A stretch of 64,000 bases of DNA from Dimorphilus gyrociliatus (lineage: Eukaryota; Animalia; Annelida): the NCBI GenBank assembly GCA_904063045.1, contig CAJFCJ010000009.1:1798968-1862967 (forward strand). The letters run 5' to 3'. Of this stretch, positions 50,056 to 62,834 are shown piece by piece. The position numbers and the translations under genes are program-made. The number at the start of each line of letters is the position of its first letter. Position 1 is the first letter of the stretch. Under the pieces are notes generated by a model. The model did not search any database and had not been told where the DNA came from. It saw only the letters and a list, made by a program, of their open reading frames with translations.

Positions 50056-52282
50056 ATGGTTGAAGAAGCTGTGAATAAACCTGTTTTAGAGTTGCAAAAT
50101 GCAATTGGCTTTGGCGGTAGGTTGAAATTAATAAAGAATATTTAAAAATATAAATAAAAAGTGTTTCAAAATAAAAATTTTCTTTAATCTCTTTCACGAG
50201 TGGTAGAAAGAAGTAAAGTTCACGTTTTATATATTTAGGCTGTCGGTTAGTCTAATATTAAACTATGAAGAAGTAATGTTAATAGCTAATTTGATGAATG
50301 TAGGAGTGAAAAGTTAATAACAACATTTGTAAACATTAATATAAAATAGAACTTTTAATCTATTTTCTGCTTTTTTTTTTAAGGGACCGTCCCAAATGGG
50401 TTGAAGGTACACCCTAACCGACAAAGTCTTATTTATCCAATTGGATGCACAGTGGTTGTTAGGGATTTAGCGACGAACAAGCAAGAATTCCTTTCCGGTC
50501 ATTCTAACACAATTTCAGCGGTCGCTGTCTCTAAAAGCGGAAAATATATAGCTTCTGGACAAATAACACATATGGGTTTTAAGGCAGATATCATCGTTTG
50601 GGATTTTGAAACTCTTTCCATGTATTGCAAACTTACACTTCATATGGTTAAAATTCAAGATTTGGCTTTTAGTACAAATGATAAGTATCTTGTTAGCTTG
50701 GGTGGAGAAGACGATTCTGGAGGCAGTGTCGTTGTTTGGAACTTAGAAACGAAAGAAGCAATATGTGGAGCTCCAGCTCAAGTGCCATCGGCTGGAGTCA
50801 CACATTGTGTTACCTGTTTTAATGAGGATGACATGAAATTTGCAACAGGAGGAAAGGACACTCTAAGAATATGGCAACTAGATTTGCCTAATCGAAAAAT
50901 CCGACCAACTGATATAAGTACTGGACAAACTAAGAGAGTAATAAGATGCTTAACCGTAAGTTTTATACTTTCTAAGTAAAATGGTGAAAATAAATTATAT
51001 TAGCTGAAAAAAAAATCCACTTCACTAGGTTGCTCATGGAGACGGGATGCTCTACTGTGGAACAACTACAGGCGACATTATGTCTGTTTTTACTACAACT
51101 TTTAAGATGCAAACTTTTGGACCTGAGAAACATCCATTTAGTTTGGGTATTTGTTCCTTGGAACAGCTACCAACTGAAGAAATATTAGTTGGTGCTGGAG
51201 ATGGAACTGTTGCCGTTGTCCAAGGACCTAATAAAAGATTTAAGAGGACGTCAAAATGTGTCAAAGTCAAAGGCGCCATCACGTCTATATCATTAAGAGG
51301 AAAAGGCCATCAATTCTTCGTTGGAACTGATAAATGCGAAATATATAAATTTAACTTTGGAGATTTTAAACCCGAACTTGTTGAAACATGCCATCATGGA
51401 CCAGTTACTGACCTAGTTTTCCCGACTAATTGCCCGGAACTCTATGTTACATCTTCAAAAGAAGATATTCGAATTTGGGATGCAAATAGCGCGAGAGAAT
51501 TAAGACGCTTCACCGTGCCAAACATGGAATGTACCAGTGTTTGTATAACAGGTGACGGCCATCTTATCGTATCGGGTTGGACAGACGGAAGAATCAGACT
51601 ATTCCTACCTGAGAGTGGAGAATGCGTCCATACTATTGGCGAGGCACACAATCTTGGCGTTACGGCTTTAGCTGTCTTTTCTGATAATAGGCATTTGGTA
51701 AGTGGTGGTAAGGAAGGAGATGTACGCCTATGGAGGATATCAAAGAGACCGTATGCTTCTAAACTCCTCCATGATCTTCACGAGCATAAAGCGGCTGTAA
51801 CTTGCGTAACCTTAAAAAAAGATGACTCGGAGTGTGTAACTAGCTCTACTGATGGAACATGTATCATATGGGATTTAAACGTGGACAAACCATTCAGAAG
51901 ACAAATGTTACGTCTTAATACCCTCTTCAACAACGTGACCTATCATCCGGAAGAGCATCAAGTTATAGCAGCAGGAACTGACAGAAAAATAAGCTACTGG
52001 GAATCCGCTGATGGTTCATTGATCAGGGAGTTGGACGCGTCAAGTACTGGAGCTATAAACGCCTTGGATGTATCATCATGCGGATCTTTTTTTGTATCTG
52101 GTAGTGAAGATAAATTGGTTAAGGTCTGGACTTATGACAGGGGAGTAACAACTCATATCGGGGTTGGTCATAGCGCCCCGGTGGCCAAGGTTAAAATCAG
52201 TCCTGGTCACAACTGTATTGTTTCAGTTGGAATGGATGGGTCAATAATTAGGTGGAAGATGCCTGGAGGTGACGAAGAATAA
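50056..52282 (+). CDS. CFAP52: Cilia- and flagella-associated protein 52 (WDR16)
   Basis: LELQNAIGFG|GTVPNGLKVHP, QEFLSGHSNTISAVAVSKSGKYIASGQITHMGFKAD, WD40 repeats, GVGHSAPVAKVKISP. Confidence 0.95.
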
Positions 52283-52606
52283 CTCTTTTATAAAAACATT
52301 TTAATTTTAATAAGAACGTATCATTACCTTTATTAATAAAGTTTGTAAGATCATATAAAATATATATGTCACTTCTTTTCGAAATTATCAAGCACTATTT
52401 ATTCATTAAAGTACTAAATAGCAATAAATGAACCGGAAAACAAAACTATAGAGAAATTGGCTATAAGAGTCACGTGAAGTTGTTGATTAAATAGAAAAAT
52501 TAGTTTATATGTTGTTTTTAGTACAAGCTTTCTTTGTTACAAGATAGGTTAAATATACCGATATAATCTAATGCTAATTTAAGAACATGATTAAAGAAAT
52601 ATCATA

Positions 52607-53156
52607 CTACTTAAAAGGTACGATAACCATAGGAGGATGGCCTCGATAGCTCTCCAAATCAATTTTCTTCTTTTTAACGACTTTCCTTGCTTTTTTCTTT
52701 TTTTCTTCCTGCTTTTTTTTTAACGTAGAGCTTAATTCTGCGACATTCTTTGTAATTTTCTTACAAGAGCACGATTCGTGCTCGTCCATGAATATAACAG
52801 TCCGCTTCCAGACTTTTTCCAGTTTCCATACACGAAATGATTTTAATTTTATGCCATTTTCTTTGCAATTTTCACAATTCCCCGAGCATCTTGATACGTT
52901 GAAACACGATGGAAAAATTCCAGATTCATCGGCATTTTCTAAGCAGACTTTTTTAGTTTTTAACAAACAAGTACTGTTACTTGTTTCTAGTAACGAAAAG
53001 AAAATAACGAACAGTAATTGACACGGCCGAGTTGACTTCGTTAACATTGTTAAATTATCGGTTAATAAGAGTATATATATATATTTTTATTACTTGTTTC
53101 TTACCTGATTTAATTATAAAGCAGAAGAAAAGAATAGCGAGAGCAAAGCCGTTCAT
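52607..53156 (-). CDS. PDGF/VEGF-like cystine-knot secreted ligand with a basic tail (2 exons)
   Basis: MNGFALAILFFCFIIKS joined by a phase-1 intron to ETSNSTC..FPSCFNVSRCSGNC.ENC..EHESCSC and a Lys-rich tail. Confidence 0.72.
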
Positions 53157-54320
53157 TTCTCGATAAATGCCTTAGCCGATTGCCTCTCGTAGGCTCTCTG
53201 ATGGTGGCGAAAAGCCGTTTGACGTTATTGAGCGTTTTTAGAATTTTTCCTGCTAGGCCTAACTATACCATTTTTCAATTTAACAAAAAAGGCAAACCAA
53301 GATAATAGCATATACTGTATATATATATATATATATATACATTTATGCTCTTATGGTTAAATTTAAATTTGCCACTTTCTACCTTTCTACCCTATTTTAT
53401 ATATACAAAAGTAATGGCTTACATTGTTTAATTAATCACAGGAAAAAACACTGGATAATTCTTATAAGCGCCATCTATGGGATTCGAAGAAGAGAGCCTT
53501 TGCGTGGAACGTTCGATTTTAGCCCTTTTTATCTTGCGGTAACACGAAACTACATGAAATTAAACGATAAAAAAGGATTTAGCTTATATAAACTTTTAAG
53601 ACTTTATTTGAAAATTCTAAGAAGAGAATGAATACTGAAAGAAATGAATTAAACTCGTGAGATAGGGGAATATTACGTTATTAAATAAACGATCCTTTTT
53701 GTTAATACAAGGATAATCTGCTTAAAATTGATGTTAATTTGAAACTTAATAGAGCAAGTTCCTTTAAATAAGTCTTCTATTACTAAGAAAAAATGTAATT
53801 GGTCTATTCTCCCTTACCCCTTTAGAGAATGTTTGATAAACATAAAGATTTACATAGGATAGTACGTTTATCTAGCAATTAACAACTTGATAAGAGGAAG
53901 TTGAAGTTTTGCTGAAGAGAGCGACTCATTTGCCTGGATAGGAGAAAAACAGTTTCTTTTGTCTTAATACTATAAAGTTTAAATGATCTCATTGAAAGCT
54001 AAAAACTCTCCTTCAGGGCTCCTTTACGTCATTATAAACAAAAATAGCATTTTTCTTTAAAGAAATCTCGTGCAAAAAGCGCTAGTGATCATGCATAGTT
54101 TATACAGAGATGATAAACGAAGCAGATTTCTTCAGCAAGACAACTTATACCGTGGAGATCGTTAAGGATTTGTATATTAAGCTAAGGATAATCAATCAGT
54201 TCAGAAGAAACAAATATTTTTAAATATTCTGGTTTCAAGGTTGTCCCATTGTATCGAAAGAATAGAGACATTTATCTTTTTCTGAATATCCTTTAAGTAA
54301 TGATAGATGCATTTAGCAGC

Positions 54321-54335
54321 AAACTAGGTGGCGTC
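54321..54335 (+). promoter_or_regulatory. CTCF-like motif
   Basis: AAACTAGGTGGCGTC resembles the CTCF core CCACTAGRKGGCRC. Confidence 0.4.
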
Positions 54336-54518
54336 AGTTCCTAAAAACACAAAACTACGCTAGAGAATAGGGCACTGCTGGTAATTAGTGGCATTAGCAG
54401 GTGTTACCTTTGCTAATATTACAAAATTTCGTAGAATCATATACAGGTATGAAATTGATTAATTTACCCGACTTTCCACTTACTTTTCCACTTGAATGAT
54501 CTAGTAAAATAAGGTCAC

Positions 54519-54534
54519 AAACTAGGGGGCGCTA
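54519..54534 (+). promoter_or_regulatory. CTCF-like motif
   Basis: AAACTAGGGGGCGCTA is close to the CTCF consensus and lies about 175 bp upstream of the BK-beta-like ATG. Confidence 0.55.
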
Positions 54535-54708
54535 TAAAAAAGAACGTTACTTTGTGCCATAAGCCACAGCAATTGCAGTTTGTAACAACTTGTCGAAATA
54601 ACAAGAAATCCAAAACTCTTAAATATATATAGATATATAGATATAGAAATATATATATATATATGTATATATATATGTAGAGCTGACAATGTGAAGATTT
54701 AGTTGAAA

Positions 54709-57269
54709 ATGTCTAACAAAGTAAGAAAATGTGGCGTTAGACATTTTTGCCTCGGAGCGTTTCTCGTTTTCATCGGATCTGTATTATTATGTGCTCTGGG
54801 ATTTACGGTCATACTTCCATATGAAGCAACGAGATTATGGCCGGAAGTTACCTGTTACGTCTTAAATTCCTCTTACGATAGGACTACATGCTCTTGTAAT
54901 AGAGAGGTAAGAACCTGATTTATTTTCTCATTTTCCTTATTTGCTTTCATTATAAAATAACTAAAAATAACCTTTCAAGTCTCTTTTCTTTCTGTAAAAA
55001 GCATCTTAAAAACAATTGGTTAGCTTAAGTGGACGTTAAAAACAATTAAAATTTGGGAATTTCATTAACTTGAAACATCTTCAAAGAATTTTGTCAATAA
55101 TCAATTAATCTTGTTTTCTTTCGCCAATGTCTTAAATTTATTAGAAGTGTTTTGTATTCTTAACTTGAAAAGGAAAGTAAAAGAATGAATGAAAATGTAA
55201 TCATAACTAGTAAGATTGTTATATTATAAATGAATATTCAAATACTTATAATTAATTATGAATATTATTAAATGACGTTCACAACAATTTATCCAATTCT
55301 GTTACTTTCTATAATGCATTTTAGCTTACTAAGCTATAACAATCATAAGTTTCTATTATAGTATAATACAGAAAGGATTATTAATGAGCTAGATTGTGTA
55401 TAGCTTCCATGTTTAGGTTTTTGTATATGCTTTATTCCTTTCTAAAGCTAAAACTTTAATTGAAAACTATTAGCTACAAGGCTTTCTAATACGAAAGACA
55501 CTATCTCCTTCTAGAGCTTGAGTGATCTAAGCTAGGTTTAAGCTTTCTTCTAATCTTTCATCCTTCACCTTAAATGTATAACGCAAAACAGGCTCTATTT
55601 TAGGGAACAAAAAAAAGAGAATAGAACATGGAGCTTCTTTTTTTGTGATGACTAAAAATGATTAATTGATTAATAATTTGATCTTTACAAACCTATTATC
55701 TGGTAAATAGCGATAGGTCCTTATGATTTATTTAATGTTCTAAATAAATAAACATTAAAGTGAATATAAACAATACAAAAATAAATGACAAGTAAATAAT
55801 ATTCGTTAATATTACATAACGTATAAATATAAGCTATTTTTATACATTAAATATATACTTTATAATGCATATAGAATATTGTATATAATATCTATAATGT
55901 TTATATTGCACTGTAACAGTAAATATATGAAATAAGGTTAGAATTTTTCTACCGAACTAGCATATATCACGGCTCTCTGGATGCGTATTATGTTTCTATT
56001 GTAATCAAGTACATCCTAAAATCATATTCCATTTATTTACGGATGTTTAAGTTATTGATTTATGTATTAAAAGACAACGAAAACCTAAATATTTTTCATG
56101 ATAGTACTTTATCAAATTATACAGTTTTATGTCAATTTATCTTCCCCTCTTTTTGTTTTTTATTACAGTTAAAGATGCTGAATAAGTGCATTAATCTTTT
56201 CCTCCAACTAGCTTTTATAGGAAATAAAATACTCAGCTCCAGTTAAGCACACAAACTTTGTCATGTTCAGTTTGCAATCTATAAATACTTTCATTCTCTC
56301 TATATATACATATATATGTACAGTATATACAGTATATTAAATTAATGGTTATATAATATTTATAATACTACTTTATTCTTATTTATCTTTATTTCCATAC
56401 AGATTCCTTTATCATGCTCCAATAAATATCCATGCTTAAAAATCCAAGTTTCCTATTCTCTTCATCAGCTAATAATGATCAACAGTACGTCCGTCAATAG
56501 TTCTCAAGAATATAAGGGCAATGAAAATAGAGTTCGAAATGCTTTTCTCTTCCGCTCCTGGCAAGAATCCTTCTATAATAAGGTTCCTTTGTTTACATTA
56601 TTATAGAAATCTTTTGCAACTACTTTATTTCAAAATATTAAAGACTGTTTTTTTTTAATTGTAAGCAAAACAATACAACAAATAAATAAAGCACAAAAAG
56701 CTGAGGTGCCTGCAAAAATCCCCAGTGGTATTTTATCTGCAAGAGAGATAGTCGTTACTCTTCCAGAGTTGTTGTAACGATACGGTTTGGTGTAGATAAT
56801 GTTTAGGAACAAAAAAGCAATTTTAGTGGTATGTTTTCAGGCTAGGAAACATCTTGAATGAAATCATATTTTCGCATGAGAGAAATGCTTTTAAAGATAA
56901 TTTTTACAGTTGAGTAATTCGTAGCAAACAATATCTTTAAAATTTTACTCGGAAAATATTTTCATCAGCAACAGTCTTTCATCGTTCAAAGGGAAAGAGA
57001 TAAAACTTTGATTAATTAGTCATTGAATGAAATTTATTCATTATACAGTGCAGTATAAATGAATGCGCCGATGAAGAATGGAATAATAAAGTAACAGAAA
57101 AGTTTGCCGCTACATACGGTATTGTTAAATCAACATTTCAATGCTTCTTTAATCCTGAACAACCCAATTCCGTAATTATTGAGGTTTGTGTTAGAAATAT
57201 TTTTTTGCTTCCAAATCACCTCTGTAGAAATATTATATCTAATATATATGTATATACTGTATATATACA

Positions 57270-57318
<49 letters not shown>

Positions 57319-57728
57319 ATATATACTACATATCCTACGGTTATATTGCTTATATTTAATTTCCTGTTTCCAAGCTTATATTTCTTATATTCAATCAACT
57401 TTCTGCCCTCTAGAAAGTCGACAAATCCGTCATGATGCACTCATTAATTTGGCCCCTTATTTGTCTATTGATCGGTCTTCTAATTTGGTTTGGATTGTGC
57501 TTGGGTTGTTGGCGGATAGAATTCGAACAATATCATACCCAGCAACGACATTATAATCTACACGACAGGTTTGTCAATTTCTACACAAAAGAACGTCTAT
57601 ATCCTAAATTTTCCTTTTTTGATAAATGTCTTCGTTCTGTTAACAACTCCTTCCCTCACTCAATATATTGTGTTTATTTATTCTATTTACTATTCTACAG
57701 ACGAATGGAATCTCAACTGTTTTTCTAG
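54709..57728 (+). CDS. BK channel beta-subunit-like (KCNMB/CaKB fold) two-TM protein, 5 exons
   Basis: TM1 LGAFLVFIGSVLLCALGFTVILPY..WPEVTCYVLNS; exon 2 SCSNKYPCLKIQVSY; exon 3 CSINEC..FQCFFNP; TM2 MMHSLIWPLICLLIGLLI. Confidence 0.8.
57271..57315. repeat. (TA)n microsatellite in an intron
   Basis: Direct reading. Confidence 0.95.
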
Positions 57729-59189
57729 AATACCAACACTCGCAAACTTATCTGCTCAAAATTCTACAACTAACGAACATTTATAAGTTAGATGAATTAT
57801 TTTCTAAATTTTATCTATTTCTATTCCATTTTACAAACATATCTCACAAATCAACCGACTGAATGTACAGAAAATGATGTAGTTTTTATAATATATGTAC
57901 ATAAAATAGATTGTACAATAGATTCTATATTCTCTCTATATATACAATCATATTTATTATAAAGGACTATCTTGCTTTTATTTCATAAAAAGAATAAAGA
58001 CATCTTCCAAAATTTAATTTAGATCATTTCGATTCTACTTCAAAACTAAATCTTATCTTGAGAAGAGGGAAAATCCTCTACTTGACAATGTTCGCTTCTC
58101 TGCTTTAGGTAATTTTGGACCTATTATCAAATTATATTAATCAAATATGATAAATAATTGAACAAGAAGGATTCACGAAATGAACAGATTAAATTTCGTA
58201 TTAAATTAACATAAAAAGGAGAATTTAATAATTAGGCTGAAACCTTAGTAGAAAATTTAATACTACTTAAAATAACACAAATATTCGAAAAGAGACGCTG
58301 TTTTTTTTCCTCTCCTTGTTCCAAATGTCACATAAACTGTACTATATATCTTCCAGTAATTATAACAACTTGTGTCCTTCATCCCTGTTCTAGAAGAAAC
58401 GCTTCGTCACTCGAGAGTGTTCTTATCGTCAAAATGTTTCTCTTCCTTTCCTTTACAAATTTTGCATCTCTCTTTTTCCTCAAGTAATCAATCTCTGTTA
58501 CCCTATACGCATCATCCTAAAACTACAATTTGCTCTAACGGCTTTACTTACAAGGTGATCCAAAATTGGTGGAATGTCAACAAAATTGCCTCTAAAAGTT
58601 ATCGAGTAATCATGTATTTTAGCAGCATTTAAATGTTACCAAATGTCATGCGAGAAGCTATTATCTTCACAAATTAAAATTTCCTCTTTCCATATAATAT
58701 ATTGAAGAAATAGTATTAGACATCTATTACTCATTTTATTATTATTATCATATACACCGAGAGAGATAATCTGCAAATTTAAGGAAAGGGGGAATGAAAA
58801 CTCCTCTCTCGAAAGACAATAACGACTCTCATTCTATTTAAGAAATAATGTTACATTTATATATAATATTAGATTTGTTATTAATAGTTGTATTCCAATA
58901 AATGATATAGAAATAAGTACATTTTGGTTGTCAGCTATATTCTTGATTCATTTCCCATTCAAATGATTTATATATATTGACACGAACTCCTGGGATAATT
59001 TTTTCTGGGGAAACTGACCTAGATTTTAACCAAATTGTAAAGGAATAATGTCCAAATCGATTTTCCAATCAAATTTGTTATAGCTAATTTTACCCTGGAA
59101 GCTAGATAACTAAAATGACTTGATTGAAATAAACTGCAAAATGCGAATTCTATCTGTAGAAAAAAAGCGGGGGGGAGGGGGTAAAAGGC

Positions 59190-59192
<3 letters not shown>

Positions 59193-59223
<31 letters not shown>
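59193..59223. repeat. (GA)n microsatellite next to a G-rich tract
   Basis: Direct reading; preceded by GCGGGGGGGGAGGGGG. Confidence 0.9.
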
Positions 59224-59231
<8 letters not shown>

Positions 59232-60072
59232 AGAGCGAGAACTTTTTAATCTCTTTCTGATTAGTGTTGCTCAGTTTGACAGTTACTATGAATAAAAGTT
59301 AGAGCAATAAAGGGTTTGGAAGTACTTCTTCAATAATTATAAAGTCAATTTCATTCTTATTAAATGTATTATATTAGGTAAAGAAAAACCTGAATGAATA
59401 GCCGAGAAAATCATCAATTCAATTATTCTTAAATAACAAATGTCGCATAATTTTTTTTGTATATAACTTAAGAAGACAGTAACAGTTATAAACAAAATGT
59501 ATTAAATATATTTTAGTTTGGTAAGTGCCTTCTCTATAAAGATCTTCAAGATTTCAATAGCGTTTTAGTCTGTATAATATTTTAAACCTAAATTAAGGTT
59601 TTATTGATTATTAAATAATCTTATAGTTTATGATTTGATAAGAAAAAATGAAAAACAATAATACTTATTAATCAGAAAGAGAGAAAAGTAATTTCTCTTC
59701 CCTATTTTTTCTTTTCTACTAATTTGAAATAAAATAAATTAGTCGACAAAACGCAAATTTTAATTTACTTATTTCTAACGTTAATATGATCAATTCTAGA
59801 TATTTTATCATATTCATCTAATTGATAAGCTACCAATATTGTAAATTATTTGATAATTAATTAAATTTGGTTCTTTTTTTTTTGTACTTTTTACTATTTT
59901 ATAAAAAGTTGATTATATATTTATATATACATTCATTTTCATTTAAACTATATATAGTATATATAATAAAATTTCTGCAAGTTTTGCTAAGAGAATATGC
60001 TTTCTTATAGCCTTTTTAGACATATAGGATTAATCTTCTCTTATCTTCTTATTCTTCTTCTGCTTCTTTTTT

Positions 60073-61587
60073 CTATAAAATACTGCATGAACAGAAGCAC
60101 TTTTTTGGGTAATCAGAGCAATAGGCTTTCATCTCATCTCCGATAACGTAGAAAGTTCCTTGATTTCCATCCCAAACGTATTTGCATTCAGTTACTCTAA
60201 TAACCCTAACAACCTGCTTCTGTCTTCGAATTAATTCTAATGGCCACGAGGTGGCGTGTTGATTAACAAATTTTCTACTGGCCTCGGTCACACCTCCTCT
60301 CGAATAATCAATCGGTGTCACTCTATCCCTCTCATCTTGAACCACTACAACACCGGCGGCTTGCTTTATAAGATTTTCGGGAACCAATGGTAGATCAATA
60401 TGATTGTCTAGATGGGTTTTCCAAGTGATCGTTAATTTAATGAAGCATTTGATTTTGCCAAATCCCCTATTTATAAATAACACTATAACCATTTTGTTAT
60501 AATGAAAAGATATTTAATATAAGATTAAAAGAAATGTTGGATAAAGAGAAAGTTCTCTTAAAATCTCAAACGATGAGAATATATCATTTACCTGCAGGTT
60601 TTACATAATATATTTCCACTACCGTTGCAAGTAAAACAAGCCTGAGAACCACTCCCATTGCAAAACCTACACGAAGTGAAATTATTGTGGGAACTGTTCA
60701 TTCTGTCTCTTCTTTCACGACCGCGTCCGTGGCAAAAATTGCATCTGATGTGAGATGATCCCCTACAATTCCAGCAAGGTTGACGACCAATTCCATTGCA
60801 CTTGAAACATAATTTTACACTTTCCGTCCTGGGCACACGAACTGACCTTTCTAATTGGCTGAAGGCGCTAGGTACATGAACAGGTACTTCCCATGGATTT
60901 GGGGGAGCTTGGTTCGGTGGACACCAGTCAACATGATCACCAGTATACGGTTCACTATCCCACGAAGTCGCTCTTATCTCAGTCCACGATTGCAAAGAAT
61001 AATGAGTAATGGATTTTCCTACTAAATCAGTTATAACTAGCTCTCTAGCTGGACGAACTGACCAACAACATTTTGTGCTTATCAATTCCAAAAGCGCTTC
61101 ACGAGCTTCTTCTTCCGTAGCTGGTCTTTGTTGATCAACAGGAATTGGTGGAATGTGCGGTCCAGCGGGTGGAGTGTATGGAGGAGGCTCAACTGGTTCT
61201 ATCCATAAAAACATAAAGTAAAACATGTCCATAAAAAGATATCTATAGAAGAATTTTTTAGTAGCTATTACTTTTTTTTGCTACTTAAAAATTTACTGTC
61301 AAGCTCTTTTCTTACCATTGCGAAGTTCTCCATAACCTTCGTAATTTTCCATCAAATGAACAGGTGGTGCTGATGGTTCTGTTGGATTCTGAGCATCAGC
61401 TGTACTTGGTGCTCCATGAATCTCGCTGTAACTTGGTGGAGGTCTATGCAAATCAAAATGTTCCTTTAGTATTTATCAAATTTATCACTTATCAATAAAT
61501 AGGGGGAGGTGAATGTGTTTTAATTAAAAAGTTTCTATGAAGCAAAACTAACGGTAATTCGTCGAATAAACTCTTCTGCTCAGACAT
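60073..61587 (-). CDS. SSUH2: SSUH2 homologue
   Basis: EEEAREALLELISTKCCWSVRPA, YSLQSWTEIR, NPWEVPV, VPRTESVKLCFKCNGIG, CxxCxGxG repeats, CFIKLTITWK, ends CFCSCSIL* (CaaX). Confidence 0.93.
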
Positions 61588-62834
61588 TTTATTCCTATAT
61601 TCACTATTAAATATAAAATATCTTAAGTCTGTCTGATATTTTATCAAAAATCAGCTCTTTATGACTCAATTATTTACTATATTTATTAGGAATATTTTGC
61701 AATAGTTAAACTGGTAGGTTAACAACGACATCTGCGGGCTATTTTCCAGATAAGATAAATCCAAAAAAATCCTCTAGAAATCCTCTTGATGGAATCCTTT
61801 TAAACGAATTTTCTCTTTTACCCTAAACTGCTTAAAATCTTATATCTTTATTCAATTGTTTTATTCTTTTTCGTTTCAAAATTTGAAGCGACGCTAACCA
61901 ATCTAAAGCCTTTGCAAGCTAGTAATCATCACTCACCACCATAGTATAGTATTAGGGATAATTGAAATAATTGACAGAGAGGGGGAAAGAATATATTATA
62001 TAATACAAGCAAATATTTTATTGCAACTGTAGAGCTGTAGAGTTTATATGAAAAGAGATAGTAGAGAAAGATTCCTTTCCCTATTTCTTCCTCAAAGATA
62101 ATCATTTAAAAAAGCAAGGACCAAAACCCAATTTCATAGATAAAATAGAGAAGATATTTCCCTTATTTATTTGGAAAAAAAAAGATTGATTTCCGTCTTG
62201 TAACCATAATCTTTCAATTAAAATTTACTATGTGAAAGATAACAGAAACATTTTTATTTGAATAGTACCAGTGAACTCATTTCAAGGAAATCCCTTATAT
62301 AGCTATCTATATTTATAATAAAATAGAAATCTTCGATATCCGAAGATCGTGACTTTAGGTAAATGGACGTTATTTTGTAAAATGTTTTCTTTTCTTTTTT
62401 GACGTATTTCATTTTACTGGACGCAGCATTAACAGTAAAAAAACGCATTGATAATCAAGGAGTATTTGAAATATATTAATAAAATATATCTAACAAATAT
62501 CTAATTTTTTTAAAATTAATTAGGCTAACGAGTTAATGCTGATAAGTATTGTTTGTTTATAATCGTTGAACAAGAATTTTCTTTTCAAGTTTCAATTTCT
62601 ACTCAAGAGTTGGATAGCTATATATTTTTTATAGCAAAGAAATACCTTGATATGAGTCGACTAGACATTTGGTACTACTTATGTACCTATATATACATTG
62701 GAGTATACTGTGTACCTACATATATATATTAGTATATATATATACTGTATATATGTATTCACAGTAGTAATAAATTCACGCTGTTTTGCAATTATTGCAC
62801 AGTTCCTATCCGCGGAAGACTTTCAGTTGTAGAT

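Noticed and set aside
53479-53488. TTCGAATCCC B-box-like word on the minus strand
   Set aside because: No cloverleaf or A-box around it.
54286-54294. ATATCCTTT, a U12-type 5' splice site
   Set aside because: No TCCTTAAC branch point or AC acceptor downstream, and it is not at an exon boundary I can support.
57251-57276. Resemblance to a bacterial LexA SOS box
   Set aside because: Spacing is CTG-N8-CAG rather than N10, and the context is a eukaryotic intron microsatellite.
59167-59195. G-rich tract as a G-quadruplex
   Set aside because: Only three tracts of three or more G plus a GG, adjoining a simple repeat; no functional context.
62254-62448. 64-aa minus-strand ORF
   Set aside because: No motif, clear splice context or homology recognised; compatible with chance.
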